Origin: Antechinus flavipes
Lineage: Eukaryota
NCBI RefSeq assembly: GCF_016432865.1
Contig: NC_067403.1
Location: forward strand, 242,854,001-242,918,000
DNA: 64,000 nucleotides
Direction: 5' to 3'
Of this stretch, positions 12,823 to 25,830 are shown piece after piece; position 1 is the first letter of the stretch; the number at the start of each line of letters is the position of its first letter. A program made the translations under genes and the position numbers. The notes beneath the pieces were generated by a model. It did not search any database, had not been told where the DNA came from, and worked only from the letters and a program-made list of their open reading frames with translations.

Positions 12823-15800
12823 ATTCTCAAGTCTTCCTGATTCCACATTTAGTATTCTATCCACTGTTTTACTTCACTTCCCTGTAAAATATTATATATC
12901 ACATATAACATACTAATATACAAATGAAATTGATCATTCTCTATTACTAAGAAGGTATTGTGTAATAAAATGAAGATGGAGTTTTATTTTATATATCTTA
13001 ATAGAATGATAAATAAAATTACTTGCAGGACAAACTGATACCATGAAAAAAAGAGAGTGTTTTTTTTTAAAGCATTTTATTCAGTAGATTGTAAGATATA
13101 TTATTAGAGGTACAAAGCTTATGTAAAAAACAAATTGTTTACTAAGAGAGTATAGTCTAGAAGGAAAATAAGACAGGTACATAAAGTTTTAAGTCACATG
13201 CTTTCTGGAGAAAATGAAGACATCCAAAGATCTGGAAGAGGATTCTATGATGTATATTTTAAATGAAAAAGTCAGACAACGGGATACTTAAGAAAATTGT
13301 AGATCTTTGCCTCTCATCTTAATAAAGATCTTGGAAGAGACAGGTGGCAAAAATGGAATACTGGACAAAAACAAAAGTGTCATTACCATAGTCAAGAGGT
13401 AAGTGAGCACAATAAGAAGTGAATGGTATGAAGACACATGTCTTATCATTCTTTATGATGTCTGCAATTTTACTGAGAAAATTTTGTCCAATAGTTTTGT
13501 CTGGAGCTCTTTTAATCAATCTTTTACTCATTAAATCTTTTAATTTAATTTTAAATGTGGGATTTCATTTAAATTTACTTGACAGAACTACAATAATATG
13601 AATCAATGAATGTATCTAGATACATTACATAGATATATACACATCCATACTTTATGCACATGCATGTATGCACATGAATCTATATTTGTGTTTATATGTG
13701 GAGGTTGATGACATTTTGAAATATCATATATTTGTGTATTATAGATATTTTCAATACTGTATAAATATTTCCTCATATCACATATCATATACGCATATAT
13801 TTAGTAACATTTATTTGAGGGGCTATACCATTTCACTAAGTTATATATGAAGAGACGTTGGATTTTGATGTCATTAAATTCATGAAATCATAATTTATAG
13901 AAGGGCAAATAAAATTTACATAGCTAATTCTAGGAAAGCATTTTGCAATTTATAAAATATTATATAATTATTGTAAGTTTTGTTGATTTCTGCACTTCAG
14001 CAGCATTCTTTGTAGGTGCTCCATTCACAGATGCAAATAACATTCCCTTTTATAACTTCCTAAAATAAAAGTATTTTATTCCCCTGGTTATATATAAAAA
14101 TATATATATAAATAAAAGTAAAATGAGTAATCCATATTCTGAGTTTTCTTGCTTTCTTGACTTCCCAAAGGTTATATTCTGTGGGAAAAACTTTCAAGTG
14201 CACAGGATCACCTTGATACCATAATAGTATAGGATTTCATTAGAGTTATTATCATTGCTGCTGATGTTAATTAGTATTTTGTGGTGATTAGCATTAATAT
14301 TATGATAAACTTGTTTGGGTTATATATTTTTGGATTTTTGGATAAAATTGTTTAAATTTTATAATTATTTTATAGTTATTATTGACTGACAATGAGAATT
14401 AAAAGACTATCACATCTGTCTTGATCAAATTTTAGTCATGCTGTTATTAACAAGTGTAATGATACTGTATGTGAAATTATTCATAAATACATTGCAAAGG
14501 CACATCTGAATGACATTATCTAGCATGGGAATGTGTGTGTACTATATAATTATGTGAGAACATTTGGGATCAAAATATCTCTCATATCTGTTATGTGTTT
14601 TTTTTTTTTTTTTTTTTTGTGAAGGAACATATATCTCAAAAAAGATGTTCCTCGTGCTTCCTATTGCTTATTTCCTGGCCCAGCACTTATGATTTAAGAA
14701 ACCAGGGGAATTTCTTTCTGGCTATATGAACTTTAGAACCACAATCATCATCCCAGAGTAAATAAACCCACCTACTTTTCCTAATACTTGTTGGTCATCA
14801 TCAGAACATGGAAGATGGATTTACATTGTTATGCCTTATTTTTCCATTCATTAACATTCCTGTTCCAAAAGATTTTTGTGAAAACAAGACCACTTTTTAA
14901 AGCTAAAGAAATTCCTCAATTCTAAAACTAATTAAATAGTAATAATATTTTTATTTATAGGTAAATCAATTTTGACTTTCGAATTCATACATTAGAGAAA
15001 GCAAGAAAAATATGGAAAGCAAGAACAATGTGACTGAATTTGTCCTCCTAGGACTCACTCAGAGTCCTGAGATTCAGAAAGTGTTATTTGTTGTCTTCTT
15101 AGTAATCTACATTATAACTCTTGGGGGCAACCTTTTGATTGTAGTAACAGTGATTTCCAGTAAGTCCTTGGGCTCCCCCATGTACTTCTTCCTTGCATAT
15201 TTATCTCTTATGGATGCTGTCTATTCCACAGCTGTTTCCCCCAAAATGATCATAGACTTGCTCTATGAGAAGAAGACCATTTCGTTCCAAGCTTGCATGA
15301 GCCAGCTTTTCATTGAACACTTTTTTGGTGGTTCAGAGGTCTTCCTCTTGGTGGTAATGGCTTATGACCGCTATGTGGCCATCTGTAAGCCCTTGTATTA
15401 CTTGGTTATCATGAGACGCCGTGTATGTATTTTATTGCTGGTTGTAGCCTGGATTGGAGGTTTCATTCATTCAGTGGTTCAGCTCCTTTTAATTCTACAA
15501 CTGCCCTTTTGTGGCCCTAATGTCATTGATCATTTCATATGTGACATGTACCCGTTATTAGAACTTGCCTGTACTAATACCTATATCATTGGACTCTCAG
15601 TGGTTGCTAATGGAGGAGCGATCTGCGTTGTCATCTTTACAATGTTGCTCATCTCCTATGGAGTCATCCTACGCTCCCTGAAGACCCATAGTTTGGAAAG
15701 CCAGCGCAAAGCTCTTTCTACCTGCATGTCCCACATTACAGTTGTTGTCCTATTCTTTGTTCCTTGTATTTTCATGTATGTCAGACCTGTTCGCACCTTC

Positions 15801-18480
15801 TCCGCTGATAAAACAATGACTGTAATTTTTACTATTATCACTCCCATGTTGAACCCCTTAATCTACACCCTGAGAAATAAGGAGATGAAGAATGCCATGA
15901 AGAAACTCAAGAACAGAACAAATGACTCAATTATACATTGATGGCCTCTAAGGGAAACACAAAAGGATATTTCATACTTAAGTCTTGTTTTCTGGGAAGG
16001 GAAGGAAAGTGGCTAATGAAGAGAATATCTTTTCTATCAGTCAATAGACAAACATTTATTTTATCATCACTTTTATGTTTCCCAAAGCTAATTTTGATGA
16101 AAACACTACTCTAGGCGGAATATAAACTCCTTACAAAAACAGCTATTCATTTTGTGTTTGGGGCATCTTTTTTTTTTCTCAAAAGAAATGGGTCTAATGA
16201 TTACAAAAAGAAGAAAATTGTAATCTATAATAGATATCAAACATGGTGCTGAGAACTGATTATAGATAGGGAGGGCTTCTGTGGGAATATACTTTCTTAT
16301 TGAATAAATGAGATTGTTTCTTTATTGACTTGAACATATTACATTTCACATTTTAAGTACATATTCATTGGTGTCAGTAGGATATATAATTATATTTTTG
16401 CCTTTAATGATGTAAAAGACAGCATGGTTTTGTGAGAAGAAAAATCTACTTCAGCAGGAAGAAGATGCCAGCTCAAATGCTGTGTTTGACCCATATACCC
16501 TGTGTGACATCGAACTAAACTTTTTAGTTACTCAAGCACTTCTCTAATAGAAAGATTTCTTTAGTAGCAGTTTCTGTACTATTGAAATCTCATGTTAAAT
16601 GTACTATTTTCAATAATATCAACAAAAATATAAATATTATAATGATGAGCATAAGGTCAATAAGTGTAATATAAAACATATAGATGCATGAATATTTTGT
16701 TTTATATAAAGGATATATTTATACAAACAGCATATGTATTATGATATAGAGTAGAGGAACACTCACTGTCAAGGGTCAAGTCCTATTTTCAAATTATTCC
16801 AGTGATGTTTACTTTTGTTAACATGGGAAAATAAATTATTGGGCCTCCATCTCCTAGTTAGTAATGAGACTTAAATTAGATAATGTTTGAATTCTCCTGC
16901 AGTTGTAATTATAAAGTTATAACTAAATTTTATAGATTAAATTATAATTTATCCTTGAATTAAAAACAAACAAAAAAAATATATGAATGTACTATGATGA
17001 ATCTGGTCTATCTCTCATGATTTGTTAATTATTCCTTTGAAAGATACACAATGCAGAAACTGTTTCCATATAAAAGGGAAAACATAGGTTGTGAAAAGAT
17101 AGAAAAAGGGCTATCAGGGAGTTTTAAAGGCCATTGAACCACATTTAGACCTGCAAAAAGGGATGCACTAAAGACCACAAGCAAAATCCATTTAAGGCAC
17201 CATCGGACAGATCTAACAGGGACCAGTACTAGATTGAAACTCTTGGAGAAACTGCATCTTATAATTAGCCATTGAGATGGAACCCATAATCGACAAAAAT
17301 GTTTGACTAATTACAGAATAACATAAGTCTTATAGAAGAGAAAAATCTATGTGACAGGGGGAAAAAATGAAAAGCAGAATTTAGAAAGAAAAGAACAAAA
17401 AAAGAAATGTTATAAGTTATAGTATCATGATATAAAGGAGCAAATCTAGACCATGACACTAGTAATATGGAATTTATATATCATATGAATCCAAAGAAGA
17501 AAGATTGAGATTTTAGTACTTGTAAGCCATGAAAAGAAAGACTATAATTCAAAAAGACATATAAGTCCTTATAGAAAATGTGAGTTTGACTACATTTGGT
17601 AATAAATGTTTTCTGTATTTTAGCTATATAAATAAAAAAATAAAGTTGTTTTTAAAATTAATGATCTTTTTAGCCTAAGTCATTTTACTGGGAATATTGA
17701 GGGCCTTTCCTAGGAAGTAAAATGAATTTTATGTTGCAGTTCCCAGGATAATGAGCTAGAGATCTTTGTGACAGACCTCACCAAAACTTTATCTAGATTT
17801 TAATTTCTGGAGGGTCATTTGCCAGAAGCAAATTTTAATATATTTTTCTTGTTTACATTGATAATATAGTCAAAACAGCTCTTGATACAAGAAAATACAA
17901 ATATTATTATTCCTATTATGGTTATATAACTGGGGAAACTTAGGCCTATGGTAGTTGAATGGCCTACAGGATAAATAAATAGCTAATTCACAACAGAGTA
18001 AGAACTATTAGCCAAAATCTTTTATTTCCTTGTCCTAAGCTCTTTCCATCCAAGTAAAGTGCTTACTTAGCATGAATATAATCAGAAGCTCTTTCTAAGT
18101 TGGCTCAGCACAGGATAAAACCATTAACTTTGAAACCACATAAATATTTTCTAAAATATTTTACCAACTTAATGCAAATTAGTCCCAGATCATTCTTATA
18201 ATGGAGATAGATAATTATCTGAAAACCTGAGGTGGTATTAAAATATATTTAAAATATCCCGAGATTTAAGAAAAAATAACTATGAATGTGTTCTTTTATA
18301 TGAAACAATTTTTTTTTCTTCTAAAGGGACTTTGGAAAAAAAAGGATAGAAAAAAATTGGAGCTCACAACTTCAAGGAATTCCATCATTTAATGGAAGAA
18401 TCAATTTGTGTCACATGTTCAAAACTAAGAGAAAAGGGGAAATCTGAGAAGCTTATAGATACATATTTGTTAATAAATAA
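12823..18480. repeat. Segmental duplication, copy 2 (paralogous to 1-5587)
   Basis: Colinear with 1-5587 at an offset of about 12.8-12.9 kb; contains the second OR4A-like gene. Confidence 0.95.
15012..15941 (+). CDS. Olfactory receptor, family 4 (OR4A-like), 309 aa, intact; paralog of 2133-3062
   Basis: Full ORF with all OR motifs; 13 aa differences from the first copy. Candidate acceptor ends at 14960. Confidence 0.95.
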   Translation: MESKNNVTEFVLLGLTQSPEIQKVLFVVFLVIYIITLGGNLLIVVTVISSKSLGSPMYFFLAYLSLMDAVYSTAVSPKMIIDLLYEKKTISFQACMSQLFIEHFFGGSEVFLLVVMAYDRYVAICKPLYYLVIMRRRVCILLLVVAWIGGFIHSVVQLLLILQLPFCGPNVIDHFICDMYPLLELACTNTYIIGLSVVANGGAICVVIFTMLLISYGVILRSLKTHSLESQRKALSTCMSHITVVVLFFVPCIFMYVRPVRTFSADKTMTVIFTIITPMLNPLIYTLRNKEMKNAMKKLKNRTNDSIIH

Positions 18481-18489
18481 AAACAATGT

Positions 18490-19700
18490 GTATTCAATCT
18501 ATGACTTCTCTGTGTAAGGAATTATCCTAGGAATAGAAAAATTATAAACCAAATAGTACATGACCTTAAAGGTCTCATATTCTATTTGGAAGACTACCAA
18601 TTAAAATGTTAGTAAGAACAAAATATCTACAAAACTTCAAAAAAAAATAAAAATATATATCTAGAAAGAAGGATGTCCAAAAACTGGAGGAGAGATCTAA
18701 TAAGACCTAAAAAAAGAAGTATTTAATTTATGATTTGAAAGAAGATAGGCATTTTAATGAACCAGACATGAGAAGAGAATATATTCCCACCATATGGAAC
18801 TTCTTAGCCAAAGGCATGTGATGAAAAGTCATTTAAAGGAAATAACTAGAATGCCTTTTTTTTTTTTTAACCAGTAGTGCAAGTATGATAAATACCTTAA
18901 GGATAATAATGTGTAGTTATTTGTATTGTGTTGTGTTATATTTTTTTCATATCAATAATATGATACCCTTGAAGATTTTTGAATAGGTGATGGTATGGCC
19001 ATCTGTGATTTATAGCTATGTGAAATAGATTGGAAAGTGACGAGACCATAAGCATAGTTTAATTAGAATGTTACTCCCAATAACATAAGAAAGTGATGAA
19101 GATCAGACTTTTCCTATATAATATAAAAAATGAAACAATAGGAGAAAGGTATAAAAGATATTGTGAACTTAGACATCAATGTAACAATAGATTTGATAAT
19201 GAGGAACAAGCACAAACTGAAAATGATTCTAAGGATATAAATCTTTTAGTACTGGAGAAATGATGATGATGATGATGATTTCAATAAAATAAAAGTTTGA
19301 ATAAGGCAAACTTTGGGAAAACATGTATTTTATTTTTAGGAAGCTGAATTTCAAATGGCTATAGTACTTCAAATTAGAGTTTTCTAACAAGAATAGGTAA
19401 TGAAGAATTAAAATTCAAAAGAGAAATTAAGGGTGATTACACACATTTTGGAGTACCCTTTTAAGATCATAATTTAAATGATAAAAACTATTGAAATAAT
19501 CAGGAGAGTTTATAGAGAGAGGAGTTGAGAGTTCCAGATTAAGCATTTTTACAATGTACATACAGTGGACAAAAGAAGAATCGTGTTGTAGGAATGTAGA
19601 ACAAGAATTTGTGAAGAGAACCAAAAATGATCCATGTCACAAAATGCCCTAGGTAAGAAGAAAGCAAGATTAATGTCACAGAAATTAAGTTAGTAGAGGA
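18490..19700 (-). mobile_element. Old, degenerate L2-like LINE remnant
   Basis: Purine-rich degenerate sequence with L2-like tracts (aggaagctgaatttcaaatggc..., gagttgagagttccagattaagcattt). Recognised from memory; boundaries approximate. Confidence 0.4.
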
Positions 19701-19772
19701 AAAGTATACTAATTTATAATAAAAACTATAACGAAAGTATAAAACTATGTAATGTTCTCCTTTAAAATATAA

Positions 19773-20315
19773 TGTTCTCTGGGATTAGGTTTCTTGGGGG
19801 CTTCCAGAAGCAGCCTTAGTTTCAGTTCAGTGTAATAATCACCTCAAATGCCAGGTATTAAAGTCCAAATCTTTTATTACCTCTTCCAAAATCTTATCTC
19901 CTTCACTTGGGGCTCCAGCTAGGTTTCTGGAGGCCTTCCTGATCTTGGTTTCAGTGTTCTCCACAGGAAAGCCTGCCATCACCTCTCTGACTTCCTTTGT
20001 TCTGCCCAGCTGCCATCTCCTTCACTTGGGGCTCCAGCTAGGTTTCTGTAGGCCTTCCTCATCTTGGTTTCAGTGTTCTCCACAGGAAAGCCTGCCATCA
20101 CCTCTCTGACTTCCTTTGTTCTGCCCAACTGCTTGTGAATCTCTGGAAGTCCAACCTGCTTGAGTCTCCTAGTTTATATATGCTTTTTTAAAGGTGTGAA
20201 TCTTGTGGAACTGTAGTAAGTGCTAAGTACATTTAGAGAACTGTTAAGCACCCCTGCTAAACAACCATTGTCTCCATCAATTCCACTGACTTAGCACCTT
20301 GTAAGAATTCTAACA
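19773..20315 (-). mobile_element. Solo LTR (ERV), antisense
   Basis: On the minus strand it starts TGTTAGAATTCTTAC and ends CCCAGAGAACA (TG...CA). Both ends resemble the LTR at 21462-21984. No convincing TSD. Confidence 0.7.
19896..20132. repeat. 119-bp tandem duplication inside the LTR
   Basis: atctccttcacttggggctccagctaggtttct...ttctgcccagctgc occurs at 19896 and 20015 with about 3 substitutions. Confidence 0.95.
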
Positions 20316-21461
20316 AAACTATACTAAACTATATAAACTATACTAAAAGCTGGATAATAATTTAAAATGAGAGGGAAGGGGAAAAAACACATTCAGAATA
20401 TTTTGATATTTTGATAACCTTCAACACTTGAGTCTTAGCTGACTGATGATACCAATAACTATTTTTTAGAAGAATAGATGGTGAAAAAAGGTGGGGGGAC
20501 CCTTAGAAACAATATATCTTAGATGTTTTAGCTATACAAAGTAAGAAAACTTTAAGGAAATAATTTGACTAAATGAAGCTTCCAAGTGCTTTTTTTGTTT
20601 GTTTGTTTGTTTGTTAATAAGTGTGTCAAATATATCTTCCAGTAGAATGAAGAAACTAATTCTAAGATAAATTGAAGAGGAGAAAAATTGAAAAAAAAAT
20701 GATTAAGGCATCAAACTCCCTAGAGGAAATGGGAGAGGGCATAATCAAGATATTAAGCAAATGGGCTAGCTTTGGAAAAGAAAAGAAATACATCTAATCA
20801 GGGACTGAAGAAAAGGAGGAAAATGGGGGGGAGGATGATTAAGAGAGAGTTCAATGTTTTAAAAAGAGCAAAGGGTAATTGCATCCTTTCAGATCATAGG
20901 GATTTGAAAAAAATAGATCCTTTCTTTTGAGGAGAGTTTGATGGCATGCTAAAAGTTATTTTTCCCTCTTCATTATCTAATCATGTTTCTCTTCCTTGAG
21001 TACACATTTATGTCCAAAAGTTTGTTAAGTGTGTGTGGGAGTGGGAGTGTAATATTCTTGCAAAGCATTTCTGAAAGTATGCTTTTTCAACTTTATCATC
21101 ATTTGAGGATGAAGGTAGGTAAAGCATGAAGGGAATGAGTTCATGGTTCATTCCTATGTGCAGATAAATAAAATTTCTTGGGAATATTTTTAATGGGATG
21201 AAGAAATATATCTATTCACTATTTTTGATATGACTAAATTCTGTATGTTTTTCTTTAAGATATCTGGAAATTTACAGTGGCAGGAGGTATTATATTCAAA
21301 TCATTTGCAAATCTAGTCTGAGGCTTCTCATTTTCACCATTAAGAAAAAAACAAACTATATAGTAATTTTCTCTCTTGGCAACAGAAAATCAAGGTCTTC
21401 AATCATGGATGGGAAAACCTAGAACAGATTACTGTGGTGTTCTTTTTTTTTCCCTCAAATA

Positions 21462-22200
21462 TGAGGGTTCTCTGGGTGCAGGTTTCTTGGGGAGCTTCTG
21501 GAGGCAGCCTTAGTTTCAGTTTAGTTCAAAGTAATTCCAAAATAGCGCGGTTGGTTTTCTTAGAGGCCTATCTCCCTGCTTGGTTCCAAGAGCTCTTGAA
21601 GCTTGTCTGTAGCTTCAGCCTCCAGCTCTCTCTGAATCTTGGTTCTCAATTTCCCAACTGAATTCTGGCTCTCAATCTCTTCAACTATCTCTGACTGACA
21701 CACTGAGAGCTTCTTATATGTGATCTCTTAAAGGTGTGAATCCAGAGGTTGACTCCTTCTCTGAGAGAGTGGGATTGTGGGTTTCTGATTTGTGAGGATT
21801 AGCACCTATGAATCTCCCAAACTTGTGAACATGTATGAGCTAATGTGTGAACTCTCAAAGGTATAAGCATTGTTTCTATCAATTCTAGTGACTTAACACC
21901 TGTAAGGATTCGCTCTAATGTGTAAACCAATTACATAAGCATTGTTTCTATCAATTCCATTGAGTTAACACTAGGATTCTAACATCTCCCACTTTCTTTT
22001 GATTTAGAACATAGGTGGTCATGACCTCCCTGACTTCTCAAGGAGATGAGAACCCCCAAAAAGGTGATCATGCCTTCCCTGACTGCTCAAAAAAGAAGTG
22101 AAAACACCATAAAAAGAAGGTGGTCACATCCTCCCTGACATTTCAGGAAGGGAGATGAAAACACCAAAGGAAATGGGAAATCAAATCAGATTAGTGGGAT
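21462..22200 (-). mobile_element. Truncated ERV 3' end: LTR (21462-21984), PPT and about 200 bp of internal sequence
   Basis: Minus strand reads cctatgttctaaatcaaaagaaagtgggaga|TGTTAGAATCC, which is 28/31 identical to the pre-PPT/PPT of the ERV at 53748-53778. The LTR shares agagctcttggaaccaagcag(g/a)gagataggcctctaa with the young LTR. Confidence 0.8.
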
Positions 22201-23029
22201 TTTAGTGCTATGTACTTTTTTTCAATACAATAAGTGTTCACTTGCTGTTATTGTTGTTTAAGCCTTTTTATATCTTTATTTTTATTTACAAACACTTTGT
22301 CAAAAGTGCTTTATCAGCATTTTGCACTAGAATCTGAGAGGTATTCATTCCTTTGAATGCCATTCTATCTGTATTCTCAAGTGTAGATTAGTATATTTCT
22401 GGGGTCCAAAAGGAAAATCCATTATTGATTTCTATGTTCTTTCCAAACAAGAGTCTTTGAACAGGAAGGGAGCTTATGTGTACATCATAGACTCAGCAGT
22501 TGGTTGATGGATTACAACAAATGGTGTTCAAGCATTAAAAATAAATAGATTTTGTTTTTGTGGTTCTTTTTGAAGGTTATTTTTCAGTAGGCATAGGTCT
22601 TTCTTTCTACCAAATTTGAATAAAGAGATCTCACCAGTAACATAGCATGGTCATATATCAGAATTTTTTTGGTATTATATGTAAATATTGTACAAATGAC
22701 CAAACATAGAATTCTATTAAGCTCAGATTTCCTTTCGGATACATATAAACTTGGAAGGAATGTGACGTTTCACAACTTTGTGAAAAATTAAGAAACATTA
22801 TAGTAGGAAAAACAATAACAACAACTACAACGACAATGACAACAACAAAATGATATATTTAGAGTCAGAAGACTATGGGTTAATTCCTGACCCTGCCACT
22901 TCTTAGTTGTCTTTCCAAAAAATTCCTTACCATAATAGCACTAAAAATGAATAATAAAGTAGAATATAAATAACTCATTCAGAGAATAAACTGACATTCA
23001 GAGAACTTAAAGTATTTGCCAACAGCAAT

Positions 23030-23280
23030 ATATGACAACTAGGTCTTAGGTGGGTAAAGTGTCTGGTCTATAGTCAGCAAAATCAGCTTCTTGGATTTCA
23101 ATCTGGCCTCGGCACTTACTAGTTGTGTGACTCTGGGCAAGTTAAATAACTTTTGCTTCAGTTTCTTCTTCAATAAATAGAGCTGGAGAAAGAAATGGCA
23201 AGTTCACTGTGATATTTTTGCAAAGACAACCTGAATGGGGTAACAAAAAGTCAGACAAATGTGAAATGATGAAAAAAGAA
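23030..23280 (+). mobile_element. MAR1/MIR-like marsupial SINE
   Basis: cacttactagttgtgtgactctgggcaagtt core plus the gctggagaaagaaatggcaa...tatttttgcaaagacaac tail. Confidence 0.7.
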
Positions 23281-24943
23281 TGATGCAAATATAAGACATT
23301 AAAAAGAGTTATGATCTGAGTTTAAAACCAGGACTTTTCTTTTATTACAAACAAATTCACAGAATTTGTGAACTGTGGGGAATCTCTATAGCCCATCTGG
23401 CACAGCATATATAGATCCTATACCTTCGTGAATTTCCATTGTAATATACCCAGTAGATCACCATTCTGCTTTGATGTCACTCCATAGTAATGTAACTTAA
23501 TCTTTTCAGTTTTCTCATCTCTACAATGGGAATAATATTTGCTTTATCTATTTATGGTTATTATGCATAATTAAATGTTTATTTATTGTGTGGCAAAATT
23601 TACAGATATATATTCCATGATGTGGTTGATTAGAATTGATTCCTGAATTGTCTTAAAATGTAAATATATGGTCCTATTATTACTAGATTGATTGCATTTT
23701 TTAAACCAGTTACTCAATTGTTTTGTTACATATAAATTACTTGTAAGGAAATAGTACTAATTTGCACATACTTCAAGTTAATTTCATGGAAAGAAGTTTC
23801 TAACTGTAAATTTGGGAATTTCTCTCTTGTGATTTACTGGTCTGTAATCTACTTGAAGGATATGCCTAATAATACTGTAGCTGGGTACATGGAGGTTTAA
23901 GCAAAGTAGTAACTTTGAGGCATAACTCACACTTTCTTTCCAGAATGGTTGAGCAATTCTATCATTAAAAAAAAAAAAAGCTTGCTACCAAAGCAACCTA
24001 TCTCCATGTATTGGCAACTAATTTATTTAATCCAAATTTTAGTAATGCTTAATTGGTTTGGTAGATTTTATAGAAGCATAAATGGTCATATTTCCTAATA
24101 AGGAATAATTAATAAGCTAATCACATCCACATATATATTTTTTATTTTATTTAAGGCTAAATTGTTGACAGGATTGAGACGTAAGCTAACTTATAGGCAG
24201 TCTTTTAAATCTTGTACCTAAGAGATCATTAGAAAATAAATAGACATCAAAGGCAAATATAAGGTAAATTAAATTTACTTAGAAGTGAAAGTACCATATA
24301 AACATCTCTTGTAAAATGCCTGAAAATAGTTATTCTATTTCATAAAAATAAAGGCTTTTAACAAGACTACAAATCAAATTTCTAGAACACAAATCATATT
24401 ATTTCATTGACTTCTATGATAAAATAAGGCATATTATTCCTATGTCAGAAGCAATTCCTTAAAGTAAATTATATTCTTTTAGTTAATAAAATTATAACAC
24501 TACCCCACTGTCATATCGTAATATACTAGTTGGGTTTTGGCAAAACAATCCATTTCCTTGCAAAGGCACCTGCTGATTCCTTTTGCACAAAATTAGCTTA
24601 TGTGTATTATTTAAACACTTTGTATATATTTATATGTTGTCTCCTCCTATTGAATGTAATCTTTTCAAAGGCAGATAATATTTTATCTTTGTGTCTCCAC
24701 TATCTGTCACATAGTTGTTTAATAAATGCTTGTTGCAAGATTGATTTTTATGCATTTATGTGAAGTAGACACCATAATATATGTCTTCTTGACTGTTTCA
24801 TAGATTTATTACGAAAAGGAATCACTATAATCAAAATGCTTGAAATCATCAGAAGGCACCTACATTTAGAAACATCTATTTGTCCTTAAGACAACTTTTA
24901 TACAACAATTTATAACTAAATTGAAAATTTGTGTAAAGGTCAG

Positions 24944-25096
24944 ATGGCGTATAAGAATATCACTGAATTTGTTTTATTGGGTCCCATGAGGAATCCTGAA
25001 ATGCAAAAAATCTGCAGAAAATAATTTGCCACATCGCTTACCACTTATATTATTACTATCATGAGTATTCTGCTCATTGTGATCACTATTGCTTTT
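24944..25096 (+). pseudogene. OR4C-like pseudogene fragment (N-terminus and TM1 only, internal stop)
   Basis: Translates MAYKNITEFVLLGPMRNPEMQKICRK*FATSLTTYIITIMSILLIVITIA; compare [25 protein letters not shown]...[17 protein letters not shown] at 42516. Not in the ORF track. Confidence 0.8.
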
Positions 25097-25830
25097 GTTG
25101 TTGTTGTTGTTGTTTGGGCTTTATTCTCAAAGAGGGCCATGATATCAGGGAGGTGATATCATGACATGTAAATGAATTGGACTTAAATGAGGGATCCCTG
25201 TGCAAAGTTACCTGCTTCACTTTTCCCTCTAAAGCCATCTGGGTACAGGGGTTAAATCTAGATTAAGATGACTGTAGACTGTTGTGGATGAAATGGGAGA
25301 ATAAGCTGAGGTCCTCAATAGGTGTCAGTTTGACTGAGACAGCATCCATTTACTATTGAGGCAAACATTCTTTTCTTTCATCAAGTTCCCCAGAAATCTG
25401 AATGAGTGATTGAATAAATAAATGAATGAATCTGGAAGGGGAAGACCCTCAGGATTTCTGGCTAAATCAGAAATGATTGCTATTTACATTCAACCTAAGT
25501 CAATCAGGACCCAAACAATGACTAAATAGGGCTTAGCTAGAACCTTTTGTGGCCAATTAGAAGCAGAATGGCTTTTAGTTTAAGGCCAGGTCCTTAAGAA
25601 AGAAATCTAGTCAAAAGCTCAAGATATTTTGGGAGGGTTCAGAAGTGCAAAAGAGAAAAAAAATACTTTTAAGAGCATCTGTAGGTAAGGATATGTTGTT
25701 GTGGTATTGCCAATGTATAGAGAGGTAAAACTCCAACAGCCAATCAGGTGGCCTTTCCTAGGGAAATCCGAATTGTCCCAGTCTTCATCATACTGTTGGT
25801 AGAATGGCATAGGGAATTTTCAATCACAGA
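25095..25830 (-). mobile_element. RTE-type marsupial retroposon fragment
   Basis: (TTG)n tail followed by ttattctcaaagagggccatgatatcagggaggtgatatcatgacatg, recalled as a marsupial RTE 3' end. Left boundary clear, right boundary approximate. Confidence 0.55.

Noticed and set aside
19773-21984. The two antisense LTRs as the 5' and 3' LTRs of one deleted provirus
   Set aside because: The PPT lies outside the pair, there is no PBS or internal viral sequence between them, and their middles differ.
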